From Octopus vulgaris (Eukaryota), in contig OX597831.1 in the NCBI GenBank assembly GCA_951406725.2, positions 36,022,001 to 36,086,000 of the forward strand: a DNA stretch of 64,000 nucleotides, written 5' to 3'. The notes under the pieces were generated by a model. It saw only the letters and a program-made list of their open reading frames with translations, was not told where the DNA came from and did no database searches. Position numbers and translations under genes: made by a program. Each line of letters begins with the position of its first letter. The first letter of the stretch is position 1. Below, piece by piece: positions 1-13,562 of this stretch.

Positions 1-24
1 GCCACACACTTTTACCAAATCCTT

Positions 25-190
25 CATCATCATCATCATCATCATTTAACGTTCACTTTCCCTGCTAGCATGGGTTGGACGAATGCCTGAGGGCTGGCGA
101 ACCAGATGGCTGCCCCAGGCTTCAATCTTGATCTGGCAGAGTTTCTACAGCTGGATGCTCTTCCTAACGCCAACCACTCCGAGAGTGTAG
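25..190 (-). mobile_element. SINE-like family C (RTE-type 3' tail), 5'-truncated
   Basis: Reverse complement of the recurrent tail ...ccaacccatgctagcaggg...aacgttaaatgatgatgatg with a (GAT)n end; more than 10 copies in the window. Confidence 0.8.
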
Positions 191-279
191 ATAAAATCAT
201 TTATCAAAAAGTACACATGATGTGATGGCACCACAGCAGAATGCTTGACCAACTGAAATGCTCGCTTATTAAATGTGGC

Positions 280-540
280 TCCCGTACTGGTGGCACATAA
301 AAAACACCATTCAAGCATGGTCGATGCCAGTACCACCTGAGTGGCCCTAATGCTGGTAGCACGTCAAAAGCACCGCTACAATCTCGGGGTGGTTGGTGTT
401 AGGAAGGGTATCCAGTTGCAGAAACCTTACCAGATCAGATTCGAGCCTGATGCAGCCTTCTGGCTTGCCAGTTCTCAGTCAAACCGCCCAACCCATGCCA
501 GCATGGAAAGCAGACATTAAGCGACAACGATGATGATGAT
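280..540 (+). mobile_element. SINE-like family C
   Basis: ggcacataaaaaacacc internal repeat, ttaggaagggtatccagttg body and (GAT)n tail. Confidence 0.8.
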
Positions 541-1052
541 ATAAGTAGCGAGTATTCCATGTGTATGAATACCGTCTCTCAGTTTAACTTTCAGGTAATA
601 TATAATAAGGCAGTACCTTTGAATTAAACATAAAATCTGTTGGATGGATCACTGCACAGATTCCCTTGTTCCTTGCACAAGGCTTTAATTGGTTCACAAC
701 TTTACTAAAAGACACCTGCCTAAGATTCCATGCAGTAGGATTAAATCTGAGACTTTATAGTTACAAATCAAACTTCTTAAGCTCTTAGACATATCTGTGT
801 TCATTTAATATGTGAATATAACCAATAAATATGCATCATTTGGGAATAGAGAGAAGCTTAAAGACAGAGAATGATGTATGGATCAGGCCAATAATAGAAG
901 GTGCCAATCACTGAAGTAAGGTAATCACACAGAAATACCAATGTCTAATTGTGCACTGATGCCACTTGGAATGAATATGATGTTTACACACATTGTCTAT
1001 AGGTAGAAAGCATTTTCTGAGACAAAAGTCATCATCAAAAACACCATGTTCT

Positions 1053-1380
1053 TGTTAGAGTGTGCAGGAACTTAGGAATTACAACCGTGTTTCGTGGTCT
1101 GCTACCACAACAGCTCCTATATAGGATCCAGTTAGCTCAAGACATCATCAGGAGGAACCACCTCCGGTTTCGGCCCCTACTCCTCTACCGTTTTGATGTG
1201 GCGGGGTCCCCATTTCGGAGGTGTCTTCAGCTCTGGTGTAGGGTGCATGTCTTCTTTCTTCTGTTCCCTGGCCTCTTCGATGTATTGTCAGCGAGTGTCA
1301 GCCGGTGACTGACTGACTTGTCAAATTTTTTCCCTTTAAATACCTGCCGCTAGGCTCCAGCAGGTAACCCCGGCAGGAAT
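1053..1380 (-). mobile_element. possible LTR fragment
   Basis: GC/CpG-richer island. The minus strand has TATTTAAA followed by TCAGTC and ends ...CTCTAACA. No internal domain seen. Confidence 0.3.
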
Positions 1381-1385
1381 AGAGG

Positions 1386-2461
1386 TACACAAATATATGT
1401 GTAGGTCTGGGAAATGACCCATAGAATTTTCCATTAAGAGAAACAAAACGACTACAAGAATCAGATTAACAAAAATTAAATAAATTTTTTGTGCGTCTAA
1501 TATTAGAAGCTTACTTAATCACATTCTTCTTCCCTTACAAATAGATAATTATCAATATTTTAATAATCACAAATATATATATATATATATAGTAATCCCT
1601 CGCCATATTGTGGTTCACCTATTGCAATTTATTATTTAGGCTAATGTCGATTCCTCCGTGGTGTTGTTTTGCATTTATGATAAAATAAATATATACAAAT
1701 GATAAAAATAATTTAAAAAAAATATGAAGTACAGTAGTTTCTACTTCGTGGATTTTCACCTGTTGCAGGGATTTCGGAATGTAACACCAGTGATAGTCGA
1801 AGGACTACTGTACACAAATATATGTGTAGGTCTGAGAAAAGACTCTTAGAATATTCCACTAAAAAAAGACACTACAAAAATCAGATTTAAAAAAATTAAA
1901 CAAATTTATGTGTTTAATATTAGCAGTATACCTAATCGCATTTTTCTTTCTTTAGAAATAAATAATAATAAATATTTTAATTATCACATCTATATACAGT
2001 AATCCCTTGCCATATTGCCCTTCATCTATCGCAGTTCATCTATCACGGTTCGCCTATCGCAGTTTATAATTTAAGCTTATGTCGATTCTGCATTGCTGTT
2101 GTTTTGCATTTATAATAAAATAAATATATACAAATTATAAAAAAATTATTAAAAAAATAATAAAAAATAATACAAATTATAAAAATAAAAATAAAAATAT
2201 ACAGCATAATACTGTTTCTACTTCATGGACTTATCAGTGGACTTTGGAATATAACACCTGTAATAGTTGAAGGATTCCTGTACACTAATATATAGGTCAA
2301 GGAAAAGACCCTTAGAATTTTCCATTAAAAAATTAAACATTACAAGAATCAGATTGACAAAAATTAAATAATTTTTTTGTGTGTTTAACATTAAAAGTAT
2401 ATTCAATCGCATTCTTCTTTCCTTACAAATAGATAATTATCAATATTTTAATAATTACATA
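1386..2461. repeat. tandem triplication of a ~430-470 bp unit
   Basis: tacacaaatatatgtgtaggtc...ataatcaca block starts at ~1386, ~1811 and ~2281. Confidence 0.85.
1591..1810. mobile_element. Tigger/pogo-like MITE (second copy 1998-2280)
   Basis: Termini (c)agtaatccctcg...cgaaggactactg flanked by TA. Confidence 0.7.
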
Positions 2462-2464
2462 TTG

Positions 2465-2978
2465 TGTTGTTGAGACCCCCTTCGGTCATGAATGATGCTG
2501 GGATTGCACCTAGAAAGTTACCTTCTGAGGCACAAGTCCAGGCAAGGTTGTTTATGGAAGACCAGCAGTCGCTCATGCATACCGGTCTCCCCTCTCCATG
2601 CCACCGATGTTATCCAAGGGAAAGGCAAAGGCTGATACAGTTTGGAACCAGTGACATCGCAGCTCATTTATTAACATGCAAGAGGCTGAGCACTCCACAG
2701 ACATGTGTACCCTTAACGTATTTCTTGGGGTGATGCAGCGTGACACAGAGCATGACAAGGCTGGCACTTTGAAATACAGGTACAACAGAAACAGGAAGAA
2801 AGAGTGAGGGAAAGTTGTGGTGAATGAGTACAGCAGGGTTCACCACCACCCCCGGCCAGAGCCTCATGGTGCTTTAGGTGTTTTTGCTCAATAAACACAA
2901 TGCCCGGTCTGGGAATCAAAATTACAATCCTATGACCGCAAGTCCGCTGCCCTAACCACTGGGCCATTGCACTTCCAC
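2465..2978 (-). mobile_element. tRNA-derived SINE family D
   Basis: Minus-strand head gcaatggcccagtggttagggcagcggact...ttgattcccagaccgggc (A/B boxes); related copies at 16915, 22915 and 60917. Confidence 0.8.
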
Positions 2979-3502
2979 AATAATCACGTACATATATATC
3001 TATATTTATAATTTTTAACACATACTTGTTATCCTCTCCTATGCAGCAATGATTTACATGATTCGTTTTTCTATATACATATTTTCTCCGATTTTGTTGC
3101 CTTCTCAAAAGCAAACATCCAATCCAGAAATATGTCACCTACCTTCAATTTTGTTTACAATATATTTGTCTCAAAACACTGCCAAAGGCAAGACTAAAAT
3201 TAATGGCTTTTGATTCAGCAGTTATGAACGCTCTCAATTGGGTTGTTACTGAGTTAGAGAGAAGACAGAGGCTGACAATATTTCCAGGGCCTTTAAAATC
3301 AATATGAATCAACAGAAAAAAATGCTCACTTGGCAAAAATATTTGATTACCCAATAAAATGCAGTTTCTTTTTACCATTCTCTCTCCCCTGCTCTCCCTC
3401 CTTCTCCCTCTCTGTTATGGTTTTGAACACCAAGGCTGATTAAGTATATAGCAGCTATATAGTGGCATTGATTGTAATAACAGTGATTCCCTCTCTGTTA
3501 TG

Positions 3503-3752
3503 TCTCTGCTTTCATGGTGTTATGCAAATAAGATAATTTTTTTTTTCTGGATCAAATACCAGATGACCATGTACTTATCCCATACAGTATGGCTTATTCA
3601 AATGTGTGTGTGTGTGTGTGTGTGTGTGTTTGTGTGTATACACCTTGGAAACTGTCTCTGTTTTCATGGTGTTATGCAAATTAGATAAATTTCTTTCTGG
3701 ATCAAATACCAGATGACCATGTACTTTCCCCATACACTATGGCTTATTCAAA

Positions 3753-3807
<55 letters not shown>

Positions 3808-3818
3808 CCTTGGAAACA
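3503..3818. repeat. ~155 bp tandem duplication
   Basis: tctctg..ttcatggtgttatgcaaa...ggcttattcaaatgtgtg...cttggaaac occurs twice. Confidence 0.85.
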
Positions 3819-5554
3819 TCAGCTTCAAATATGAATGTATGGCCTCTATGATGGTAGATCCTATACTTTATCTACTTAACCATTGCTAAACAACTAATAT
3901 AAGATTTAATCAGATTTCTATACATAATCAATACTTTCTATACATAATCGATAATTCCTTTTCTTTTACCTTTTTACCTCAGTATATTACTGCTACATGT
4001 TGACTATCAGAACAATGAAGCGATTGTATTATTTTATTAAATCACATATTCATAACTAAATTCTTCTCCTTGAAGTTGCCAAATACCATTTTGGCTCCCA
4101 GCTATAATCTCAGTCCACTTTTAATAATGCTCTAATGTAAAATTATGTTGCACAACCAAGTGGTGAATTGGCAGAGCTGTTAGAGCATCCAATGAAATGC
4201 TTTGTGGTAGTATTTAATTTGATTTCTTTCATTGTAAGTTCAAACCTCACTGAGATACACTTTACTTATTATCTTCCCTGAATCAATAAGTAAAACTCCT
4301 GTCGGAAGCTGTGGACTGGTAGAATTGTTAGACCATTGGGAAGGGTGAGTCGAGTTCTCTATTTATGTATCTGTTTATATATGCAATTGTAGAGATGAGT
4401 TCTTCACACAAAATACTATTGGGTACATAGATCACTTCAGTTCATCTAACAAGAGAATTAAAATCCCATTCAACCAGTCCATAGTTCCATGCTATCTTTC
4501 TCTTTCTTAGACTCTCTCACTCTTTTTAACTACTTTGTCTTACTCGCTTCTTCCTCTTACTACTGCCCCACTGACAACCTCCAACTTACTCAATTACTGA
4601 AAACATACATCGATACACATGTACTTCATCATTTACAACAGCTTTTAAAAAAAAAATTGCTTATCACTCACATGGCTCAAATATATATTTTTGACCAGTA
4701 TTTTTTTTTGTAGAATAGCATCTAACACCAGAAGGTAAGTGGAGACTCACAAGGCCTTTTGAATCCTTTCTTTTCTTCTTTTCAAGGGCTCACACAAATT
4801 TATCAAACCTTTAGAAGTTGCTGCAATATAAAGTTGACGTTCGTTCATAGGGACATCAAAGTCTTGTTTCAGATACCTTGTTCTCTCCAATAAACTTCGT
4901 TAAAAAAACAAAAAAGATCTAACAAAGGCAACTGTGTGTCATTATGACATCCGAGATATGTCATTTCTGAGTTATGGCTGTGTGGTTAAGAAGTATGTTT
5001 CACAACCATGTGGTTCCAGGTTCAATCTTACTTTGGGAAAATGTCTTCAACTATGACATCATCTTGCCACTCGAATTTGGTGGAGCGAAATTGTAAGGGA
5101 CTATATCACATATACCAGAGGGTAAAAAAAAATACAGTAGGATCAGCTAATTATGATTTTATTCAACATATCGCTCTCTCAGATTCACACACTTATTGCA
5201 GAGTTCCTTCAGTTTTTCCTAAGCACTGTAAAAGACCTTGGGAGATTGGTTGAGCCTCCAACAGGCCTTTTAGGATAATCTTAAAGCCAGGAACTTTTCA
5301 GAAACTCTCATATATGTTTAGAGAAGACACTTGTGTGTTGAGGAAGCTGCTATACTCCATTTCTGAATGTAGAACTCAATATCTCATCTGGTGGTTTACA
5401 CAGTGTTAACTCTATTTTGTCCCTAAAGAAACCTGCTCACCTCAAGTTGCAAACATGTTCATTTGGAACCAAACAGAAATAAATTCGGAGACACATTATC
5501 AAGTATATAATATAACATAGTGATGATGGTGATAGTGATATATATATATATATA

Positions 5555-5719
5555 TACCGGAGTAAACACATAAATGTGAAACAAGGTGGAAAAAAGGGTA
5601 TTCAAATACCAGTGGTAGAGTAATATGCTTTATTTAAAGCAGCAAAAACTGTCCGATGAACGGCAACGGGAAACTCAGAGTAACAGGTTTTGTTGAATTT
5701 TCTGCTGCTTTAAATAAAG

Positions 5720-5722
<3 letters not shown>
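5555..5722 (+). mobile_element. Penelope-like non-autonomous fragment with hammerhead-like motif
   Basis: Lies within (TA)n. Inverted repeat gctttatttaaagcagc/gctgctttaaataaagt flanks ctgt-CCGATGA-a-cg gcaa cg-g-GAAA-ctcagagTA-acag. Partial reverse copy at ~12520-12595. Confidence 0.5.
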
Positions 5723-5750
<28 letters not shown>

Positions 5751-5883
5751 TATCATTTGGGGGAATAAAATCTAAACTTACAAGGAAAACAAATTCAATT
5801 TAGAAATACTAAATCAAATTTCACACAATATAATATATATATATTTGTGAAAAATTAGAAAAAAACCACCTTCCATATATATA

Positions 5884-7075
5884 TCAGGTCATTAAGAATG
5901 AAATGTCCTATTTTCTTATGCACCAAGTTTGACAGTCATTAACTCTAATGTTTTATTTTGACAATTCTTTGTTTTGTAACTTTGAAGAGTTACATCATCC
6001 CTTTCCAAAATGCATTAATGGTGTCTTATTATATTGTGAGTTTTCTATCGTAAATCAATTTTTGTGAACCCATAGATAGATCAAAAATTCATGTTGTTTA
6101 TGAATATGAGTTCTATTGTGGAACCAATTCATCCCAGACAGCTCAAAACATCAATGAGGTATTTGATGAAGATGTGGCAGATGAGCGCACTGTATGTCGA
6201 TGGTTTGAGAAGTTCCCGTCTAGTAACTTTACTCTTGAAAATCAGCCCCGTGGCAGTCCTGAGACCAAGGTGGATAATGATGAGCTGGAAACTGTAGTGG
6301 AAGCAGATGCATCTCAAACTATGCATGAGTTAGCAAGAAGATTTGATGTTTCGATTCAAACTGTATTGGACCATCTGAAACAAATCAGCAAGGTAAAGAA
6401 GTTGGACAAGTGGGTACCACACAAACTGAATGAGCATCAAATGACACATTGTCTTGAAACTTCTTGCTCTTTGCTGTCACGGCATAAAAGTGAATCATTT
6501 TTGCATGTTGCTATGTGTGATGATAAAATGGATTCTTTTCAACAATAGTAAGCATTCTGCATGGTGGCTTTATAGAGACAAAGTGCCAAACACAATCCAA
6601 AAAAGAATATTCACCAAAAAAAATGCTAATAGTGTCTGTTTGGTGGTCCAGCAGTGGTGTCACTCACTACAACTTCATGAGACCTGGTAAGTTAATTACA
6701 GCGGATGTATACATTAACCATTTGGATGAAATGATGAGTGAACTTGCAATTAAACAATTGAGATTGGTCAACAGAGACAGGCCAATTCTCTTGCAAGACA
6801 ATGCTCGATCACACGTTTTGCACAAAGAACGCTATTCAAGCTACAGGAACTGAAATTGGAAGTACTCTGTCATCCACCATGTTCACCAGACCTTGCACCA
6901 ACGGACTATCACGTTTTCCAGGCATTAGACAACTTTTTGCAAGGAAAAATCTTTAAATCTGAAGAAGATGCAAAAACAGCCTTCCATAATTTCATCACCT
7001 CTTGCTCTCCAGAATTCTTCGCTGCTGACATAAATAAGCTACCAATAAAATGGCAAAATTGTGCTGATAATTTAG
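5884..7075 (+). mobile_element. mariner (Tc1/mariner) transposon, 3' TIR missing
   Basis: Starts after TA with a TIR-like tcaggtcatt; contains the transposase remnant below. Confidence 0.9.
6072..7075 (+). pseudogene. mariner DD34D-type transposase pseudogene
   Basis: HTH region RTVCRWFEKF, plus WVPHKL, CDDK/WILFNN, LLQDNARSH and HPPCSPDLAPTDYHVF motifs split across frames by frameshifts; start codon decayed to ATA. Confidence 0.95.
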
Positions 7076-7114
7076 TCACACCAGCACCTGTATAAATACA
7101 TATATACCACACAT

Positions 7115-7171
<57 letters not shown>

Positions 7172-7549
7172 TACATATATACATACATGCATATATATAT
7201 ATATATGACTAACAGGAAGGTACAGCTGTCAATCTATTATGATTGTTTCCAATGACTCTTTTAATTGATCAAGCAATTATGGCCATTTTCACCTGTACTT
7301 TTCATATCTTATTCAACTAACTTGGAATCTGTCCTCCATAAATATAATGAACAGTATATTTAATATAAAGAACATGAGTAGATTTCATCAGCCAGCTGGG
7401 TCTAATTGTCTGCATACACTGCAATAATTCAGCCAGTACTTATGTACCAAGTTTGATGTTTAATTCATATTGTTGTGTGTGTATATTATATTATTCTGAC
7501 GTAGCGAGGTGCTTCAGTTTAAGCATCTAATTCAACTGAACCTTAATTG

Positions 7550-7596
<47 letters not shown>

Positions 7597-7629
7597 ATAT
7601 ATATATATATATATATTATGCATACCTTT

Positions 7630-8157
7630 CCTTCATTGGACACTAAACTCTGCTTGCGAAGACCTGTTGAGGCAAGTGAAATTGAAATCGAAATCAAATT
7701 CGATGACTGGCATCTGTGCTAGTGGAGTGCTAAGAGCACCATCTGAGCGTGGTCGTTGCCAGAGCAGCTGACTGGTTTCCACGCCGGTGGCATGTAAACA
7801 GCACCATTCGAGCATGATTGTTACCAGCGTCGCCTTACTGGCACTTGTGCTGGTGGCAAGTGAAAAGATACTCCATCGAGGTCGTTGCCAGTGCTGCTGG
7901 ACTGGCTCCTGTGCAGGTGGCATTAAAAAACGCCATTTGAGCATTGGCGTTGCCAGTACCGCCTGAGTGGCCCTCATGCAAGTGGCATGTAAAAGCACCC
8001 ACCACACTCTTGGAGTGGTTGGCGTTAGGAAGGACATCCAGCTGTAGAAACTCAGCCAGAACAGATTGGAGCCTGGTGCAGCATTCTGGTTAGCCAGTCC
8101 TCAGTCAAATCGTCCAACCCATGCCAGCATGGAAGACAGACGTTAAACGATGATGAT
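7630..8157 (+). mobile_element. SINE-like family C, long copy
   Basis: Several ~60-66 bp internal repeats (aaagcaccat...gccagt...ggtggca) followed by the RTE-type tail. Confidence 0.8.
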
Positions 8158-8469
8158 ATGTTATGTCATATCTATCTATCTATATATATATATATATATA
8201 AAAATATAGATTTACATGTATACACCCATGCACACAGAGATGTATATAAATATATACTTGAAATTCTGATGAGTATATACAAATTGGTTTGATCTTCCTG
8301 TAAATGTCATTTTTATCGAATAACAAACTTTCCCTCTACATTAGATGTTTATTCAATACTGCGTATTTGGGATTGGTTTTTTTTCTGTTACTACCAACAG
8401 ATTTTCGTCATTTTATGTGTGTGTGAATGTACATACGTATGTACAGAAGCATGCACACACCCATTTATT

Positions 8470-8797
<328 letters not shown>

Positions 8798-9287
8798 GTC
8801 TGTACATATACACATATATATTTTCATTTGTCCCTACAGTCAGAAGAACATAATAGATCTGCATAGAAATCCAGGAATGTTTGAGTTCCACAAAAACGAA
8901 CAGAGCAGGCTGAGTTGCATTCTTCTGACATAATTGGTTAGAACAACAGTGAAGATTCATAAAACACTTCAGGGATTCTTCATTCGAGGTTTCTCAATTA
9001 ACATACGTTCACAATCAGATACACATCACACATACACACACAAAATAATGAAACGCACATTTGTGTTCTATTATAATATGTACCATGAAGAATTCAATTT
9101 TATCCACATGCCCACATTTATAAGTGACTCATATACCTATAAGCATACCTCAACCAATTCAGATACCCACAAATCACAAAGGTTGCTATAACTTAGACCA
9201 AAACGTCTTTGGAATTCATTTGGACAATGTCCAATGATAGATTTGTTGTAAGGGTAACAACTAGGTAAAAGTAAAGTTAACTTCTTG

Positions 9288-9503
9288 AGTCAGGCTGACT
9301 CATAAGGGCTGGTTTCCTGGTTTCAATGGCATAAAAGTTCTCCACCTGGACAGGGCGCCAGTCCCTCGCAGGGTTACTCATTTTTGCCAGCTGAGTGGAC
9401 TGGAGCAACGTGAAAGGAAGTGTTTTGCTCAAGAACACAATGCACTGCCTGGCACAGGAATCGAAACCACAATCTAGCGATCATGTGTCCAACATCCTAA
9501 CCT
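9288..9503 (-). mobile_element. tRNA-derived SINE family E
   Basis: Minus strand ggttaggatgttgg..gtttcgattcctg..cttgagcaaaacac..ccagtccactcagctggcaaaaatgagta. Confidence 0.7.
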
Positions 9504-9723
9504 ATTTCTTTACTACCCACAAGGGGCTAAACACAGAGAGGACAAACAAGGAGAGTCACACGGATTAAGTCGATTATATCGACCCCAGTGTGTAACTGGT
9601 ACTTATTTAATCGACCCGGAAAGGATAAAAGGCAAAGTCGACCTCAGCGGAATTTGAACTCTGAACGTAGCAGCAGACGAAATACCGCTAAGCATTTTGC
9701 CCGGCGTGCTAACGACTCTGCCA
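9504..9723 (-). mobile_element. SINE family B
   Basis: Minus strand ggcagagtcgttagcacgccgggc...gagttcaaattccgctgaggtcgactttgcctt..atcctttccgggtcgattaaataagtaccag. Confidence 0.85.
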
Positions 9724-9792
9724 AAGCCATGTGTGTATGTATGTGTGTGTATGTATGAATGTACATATGTATGTACAGAAGCATGCACATGC

Positions 9793-9834
<42 letters not shown>

Positions 9835-9905
9835 GTCTATTTGTCTATCTGTCTGTCTGTTTATCTATCTATCTGCCTGTCTGCCTGTGTGTGTCTGTCT
9901 ATCTA

Positions 9906-9936
<31 letters not shown>

Positions 9937-10679
9937 TTAAAATATTCCCAAGGAATTCCCAAAGTGTAGTTAGATAGTCAACACTGCTCAATGGAGGCCT
10001 CCAACAATATCAAACTTCTCTACAACTTCTCTACATGCATCAACAATAACTGACCTCTAAGCCAAAATTCTGAAAATGCACGATTTTTCTTGGGAATATA
10101 TATTTGACATAATGCAAAATAAAAACATCCTATTTCTTTTGTAACTTTTAACAATGCTTTTGTCTTCTTTAATGGCCATAGATCGATAGGATTCACCAAA
10201 TGTTGTTAATATTTCTTTGTCCTGAGATTCAGGTGTGTGCTACAAAATTTTTAATAATATGTTTTGTATTTTGTAGAATTGTTTCTGTGTTCTTGAGTAT
10301 AGAGAAATATCAGCAGACTTCGTCTAGAAAATGTTCACATAGAAAAGATTTGGTATTCTAATCTCTATACATTTATTTTGTCTTCTGAGATTTGAATATT
10401 TGTTTCCAGTACTTAAATAAAAGCACACCTAGTCTTGTATCACTTAAAATTTACACTATATATTCTTCAGAGTAGAAGCAACAATAGCCTTTGTCTTCAA
10501 ATTGTTAATATAAATTCTCTCCATTATGTTCCTGTACTTGCAATTTTTTTCTAAAAGCCTCAATTCTTCTTGGTTATGCCACATGCAGAGTCATACATAT
10601 TAATACGCGTGTATAGATACAAGCACGTGGCAAAGGAATCACGAATCTCGAATATGGTTTTACAAAAAATCTATATGTA

Positions 10680-10725
<46 letters not shown>

Positions 10726-10960
10726 CATATACATATATATATATACTTATATATATATATATATATTTATTCATATATATATACCTATATGTATAAATAT
10801 ATATATATATATTTATTCATATATATGTACCTATATGTATAAATATATATATATATATATATTTATTCATATATATGTACCTATATGAATAAATACACAC
10901 CCACACATGTGTGTTTTTATACATACACATCAATATACGTGCATATATAAATATATTTGT

Positions 10961-11535
10961 AGGCAATGACAAGCAACTAAGACCTTTGGAGATATGCCAT
11001 GCTTGAGAAGAGCCGTCAAGCCAAGTGAGATCATAGTCGTAGCCGACACCAATGTCATTTAACTGGCCTTTTTAAAGCGCCCTTCAATCATTGGGCAATA
11101 TGTTGTACTTGTGAAGACCTACTGAACTGCGCGAAATTGTAGTTGTGGCCGATGCCAGTGCCATGTGAGTGGCACCTGTGCTGGTGGCACATGAAAAGCA
11201 CTGTTTGAGCACTGGGCCACATGGAGGCAGTGACAGGTGACCAAGACCCTTGGTGATATACCGTGCTTGTATTGACCTGTCAAGTCAAATGAGACCATAC
11301 TCAAAGCTGATGCCCATGTCGGGTCAATGGTACCCATGCTGGCTGCATGTAAAAAGCATCTACTACACTCCTGGAATGGTTGGTGTTAGGAAGGGCATCC
11401 AACTATAGAAACCTTGACAAATAAGACTGGAACTTGGTGCAGCACCCGCCTCTTGCCCGGCTTACCAGCTTTCAGTCAAACCGTTCAACTCATGCCAACA
11501 TTGAAAACAGACATTAAACGATGATGATGATGATA
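10961..11535 (+). mobile_element. SINE-like family C, long copy
   Basis: Same body and (GAT)n tail. Confidence 0.75.
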
Positions 11536-11760
11536 TATATATATTTTGTGTTTATATATATTGGTGCAGGGGTGGCTGTGTGGTAAGAAGCTTGCTTCTC
11601 AACCACATGGTTCTGAGTTCGGTCCCAGTTCATGGCACCTTGAGCAAGTGTCTTCTACTACAGCATCAGGGTGACCAAAGCCTTGTGATTTGATAGATGA
11701 AAACTGAAAGAAACCAGTTGTGTGTGTGTGTGTGTATATCTTACATACATTTTAAATATA

Positions 11761-12515
11761 TCTTTATATATATAAAACTGAGAATGTGTGTCTGTCTGTC
11801 TGTCTGTGTGTTTCCCTAAACCTTTTTGCCTAGGGCGAGCCCACAGCAATATCATATCTTCTCCAGTACGATTCCCTAAAACTCGAGAACTACACAACCA
11901 ATTTCATTCAAATTTTACACATGCCTTACATGAAACTACATGTCCATGTAGTTTCATGGGCAAAAGAAATGTTCAACTTCTTGCCTAGAGCGAGCCCATA
12001 GCAATATCATATCTTCTCCACTATTTCAGTATTACGTGTTAAAAGTGAAACAAAAACATTTCCCTATTTTATGTCAGATACTTTCACTTTAACAATAAAA
12101 ATAATAATAACAATTGAATTATATGTAGTAAGTAATAATTAAAATCAAACTAAAGTATAATATAATCGTAACATAACAAAAGTAAAAATAGCAATTGGTA
12201 TAAAATTGCATCAATGACTTGAACTTGAATAAGTGGTTTCACATGAATGGGAATAAATTAAAAATAAAATTAGCGTGCAGAAATGGAATAGTCCAGATGG
12301 ATAATAAAAAATTAAATTAAAGAAAAGACTATTGTCTATAAAGTATACAATGTGGAGAAAAAAGAAGATTTGAACACATTGAGGAAAGCACCTTCGAAAA
12401 GTGTCTTGGTGTGACTATGAAAGATATCTAATCAGAGGCAGTAAATTCGCCACAATAGAAGCAAGGTTCGAGTCAACGGAGCGTGCAAGGGAGTACTCGA
12501 CTCGAACTAAATAAA
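11761..12515 (+). mobile_element. non-autonomous Helitron-like element, 3' end unclear
   Basis: A|TC start with tctttatatatataaaa, (TCTG)n near the 5' end, accaatttcattcaaattttacaca motif and an internal ~45 bp duplication. Confidence 0.55.
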
Positions 12516-12604
12516 ACTGTCCACATTACTCTACCTCTGGTATTTTAGTACAGTTTTTTCCACCATGTTTCGCATTTATGTGCTTACTCTGGTATATATA
12601 TATC

Positions 12605-12640
<36 letters not shown>

Positions 12641-12912
12641 TAATCCAAACATAAAAACACAAAGTGAAAACACAACAATGCAAGGATGTGGAACAAGTAT
12701 AGTGTTATTGGACGCTCAGATATTATACTGTATATAATATTATACATATATATATATATATATATAGTATATATTAATATACATACAGCCATATGTAATA
12801 TTATATATACATACGCACACAACCATATATAATACATAATTATTGTCCATCTTCCCTTCCAGATTATCCTCTCTCATGCTCATCTTGTTGTATCTTGTGA
12901 GTAAACACTAGC

Positions 12913-13086
12913 ATAGGGGTCTCCAAATTGGTCGATGGCACTATTCAAGGGGTCGATAAATGCACATCCACTTAATTATTATTATTATTATCTATTTTTT
13001 TTGTACATGCTTGGGAGTCGATTGGGGGGTGGGGTGTCAAGGATTCCATGAAGGGGTTGATGGTCTAAAAAGTTTGGGGACCCCTG
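12913..13086. mobile_element. hAT (Charlie-type) MITE
   Basis: Termini aggggtctccaaa.../...tttggggacccctg with CTAG-containing flanks. Confidence 0.65.
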
Positions 13087-13562
13087 CTCTAGCATGAAGG
13101 GTCTAAAAAGTTAGGTTCTAAAAGATTTGGGGTCTAAAGGGTCTAGCATAAGGGTCTAAAAATTTGGGGGAACCTTGCTCTAGCATGAAGGGTCTAAAAG
13201 TTTTGGGTCTAAAGATTCTAGCATAAAGGGTCTAAAAAGTTTGGAGACCCCTGCTCAAGCATGAAGGGTCTAAAGTTTCTAGCATAAAGGCCCTAAAAAT
13301 CTTGGGGATCCCTGCTCCAGCATAAAGGGTCTAAAAGGTTTGGGTCTAAAAGATTTGGGGTCTACAAGGTTTGGGGTCTAAAGGGTCTAGCATAAGGGTT
13401 TAAAAATTTTGGGGACTCTTGCTCTAGCATGAAGGGTCTAAAAGTTTTGGGTCTAAAGATTCTAGCATAAAGGGTCTAAAAAGTTTGGGGATCCCTGCTC
13501 TAGCATGAAGGGTTTAAAGGTTCTAGCATAAAGGCTCTAAAAAGCTTGGGGATCCCTGCTTT
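13087..13562. repeat. minisatellite built from the MITE right end plus target site
   Basis: Repeated gggtctaaaa(a)gtttgggga(c/t)ccctgctctagcat(g/a)aag modules. Confidence 0.85.

Noticed and set aside
1060-1308. 82-aa plus-strand ORF
   Set aside because: GTG start and no domain; better explained as an LTR-like fragment.
9940-10560. Possible decayed Penelope RT on the minus strand (also 37000-37600)
   Set aside because: Only vague peptide resemblance with many stops; cannot be supported by eye.
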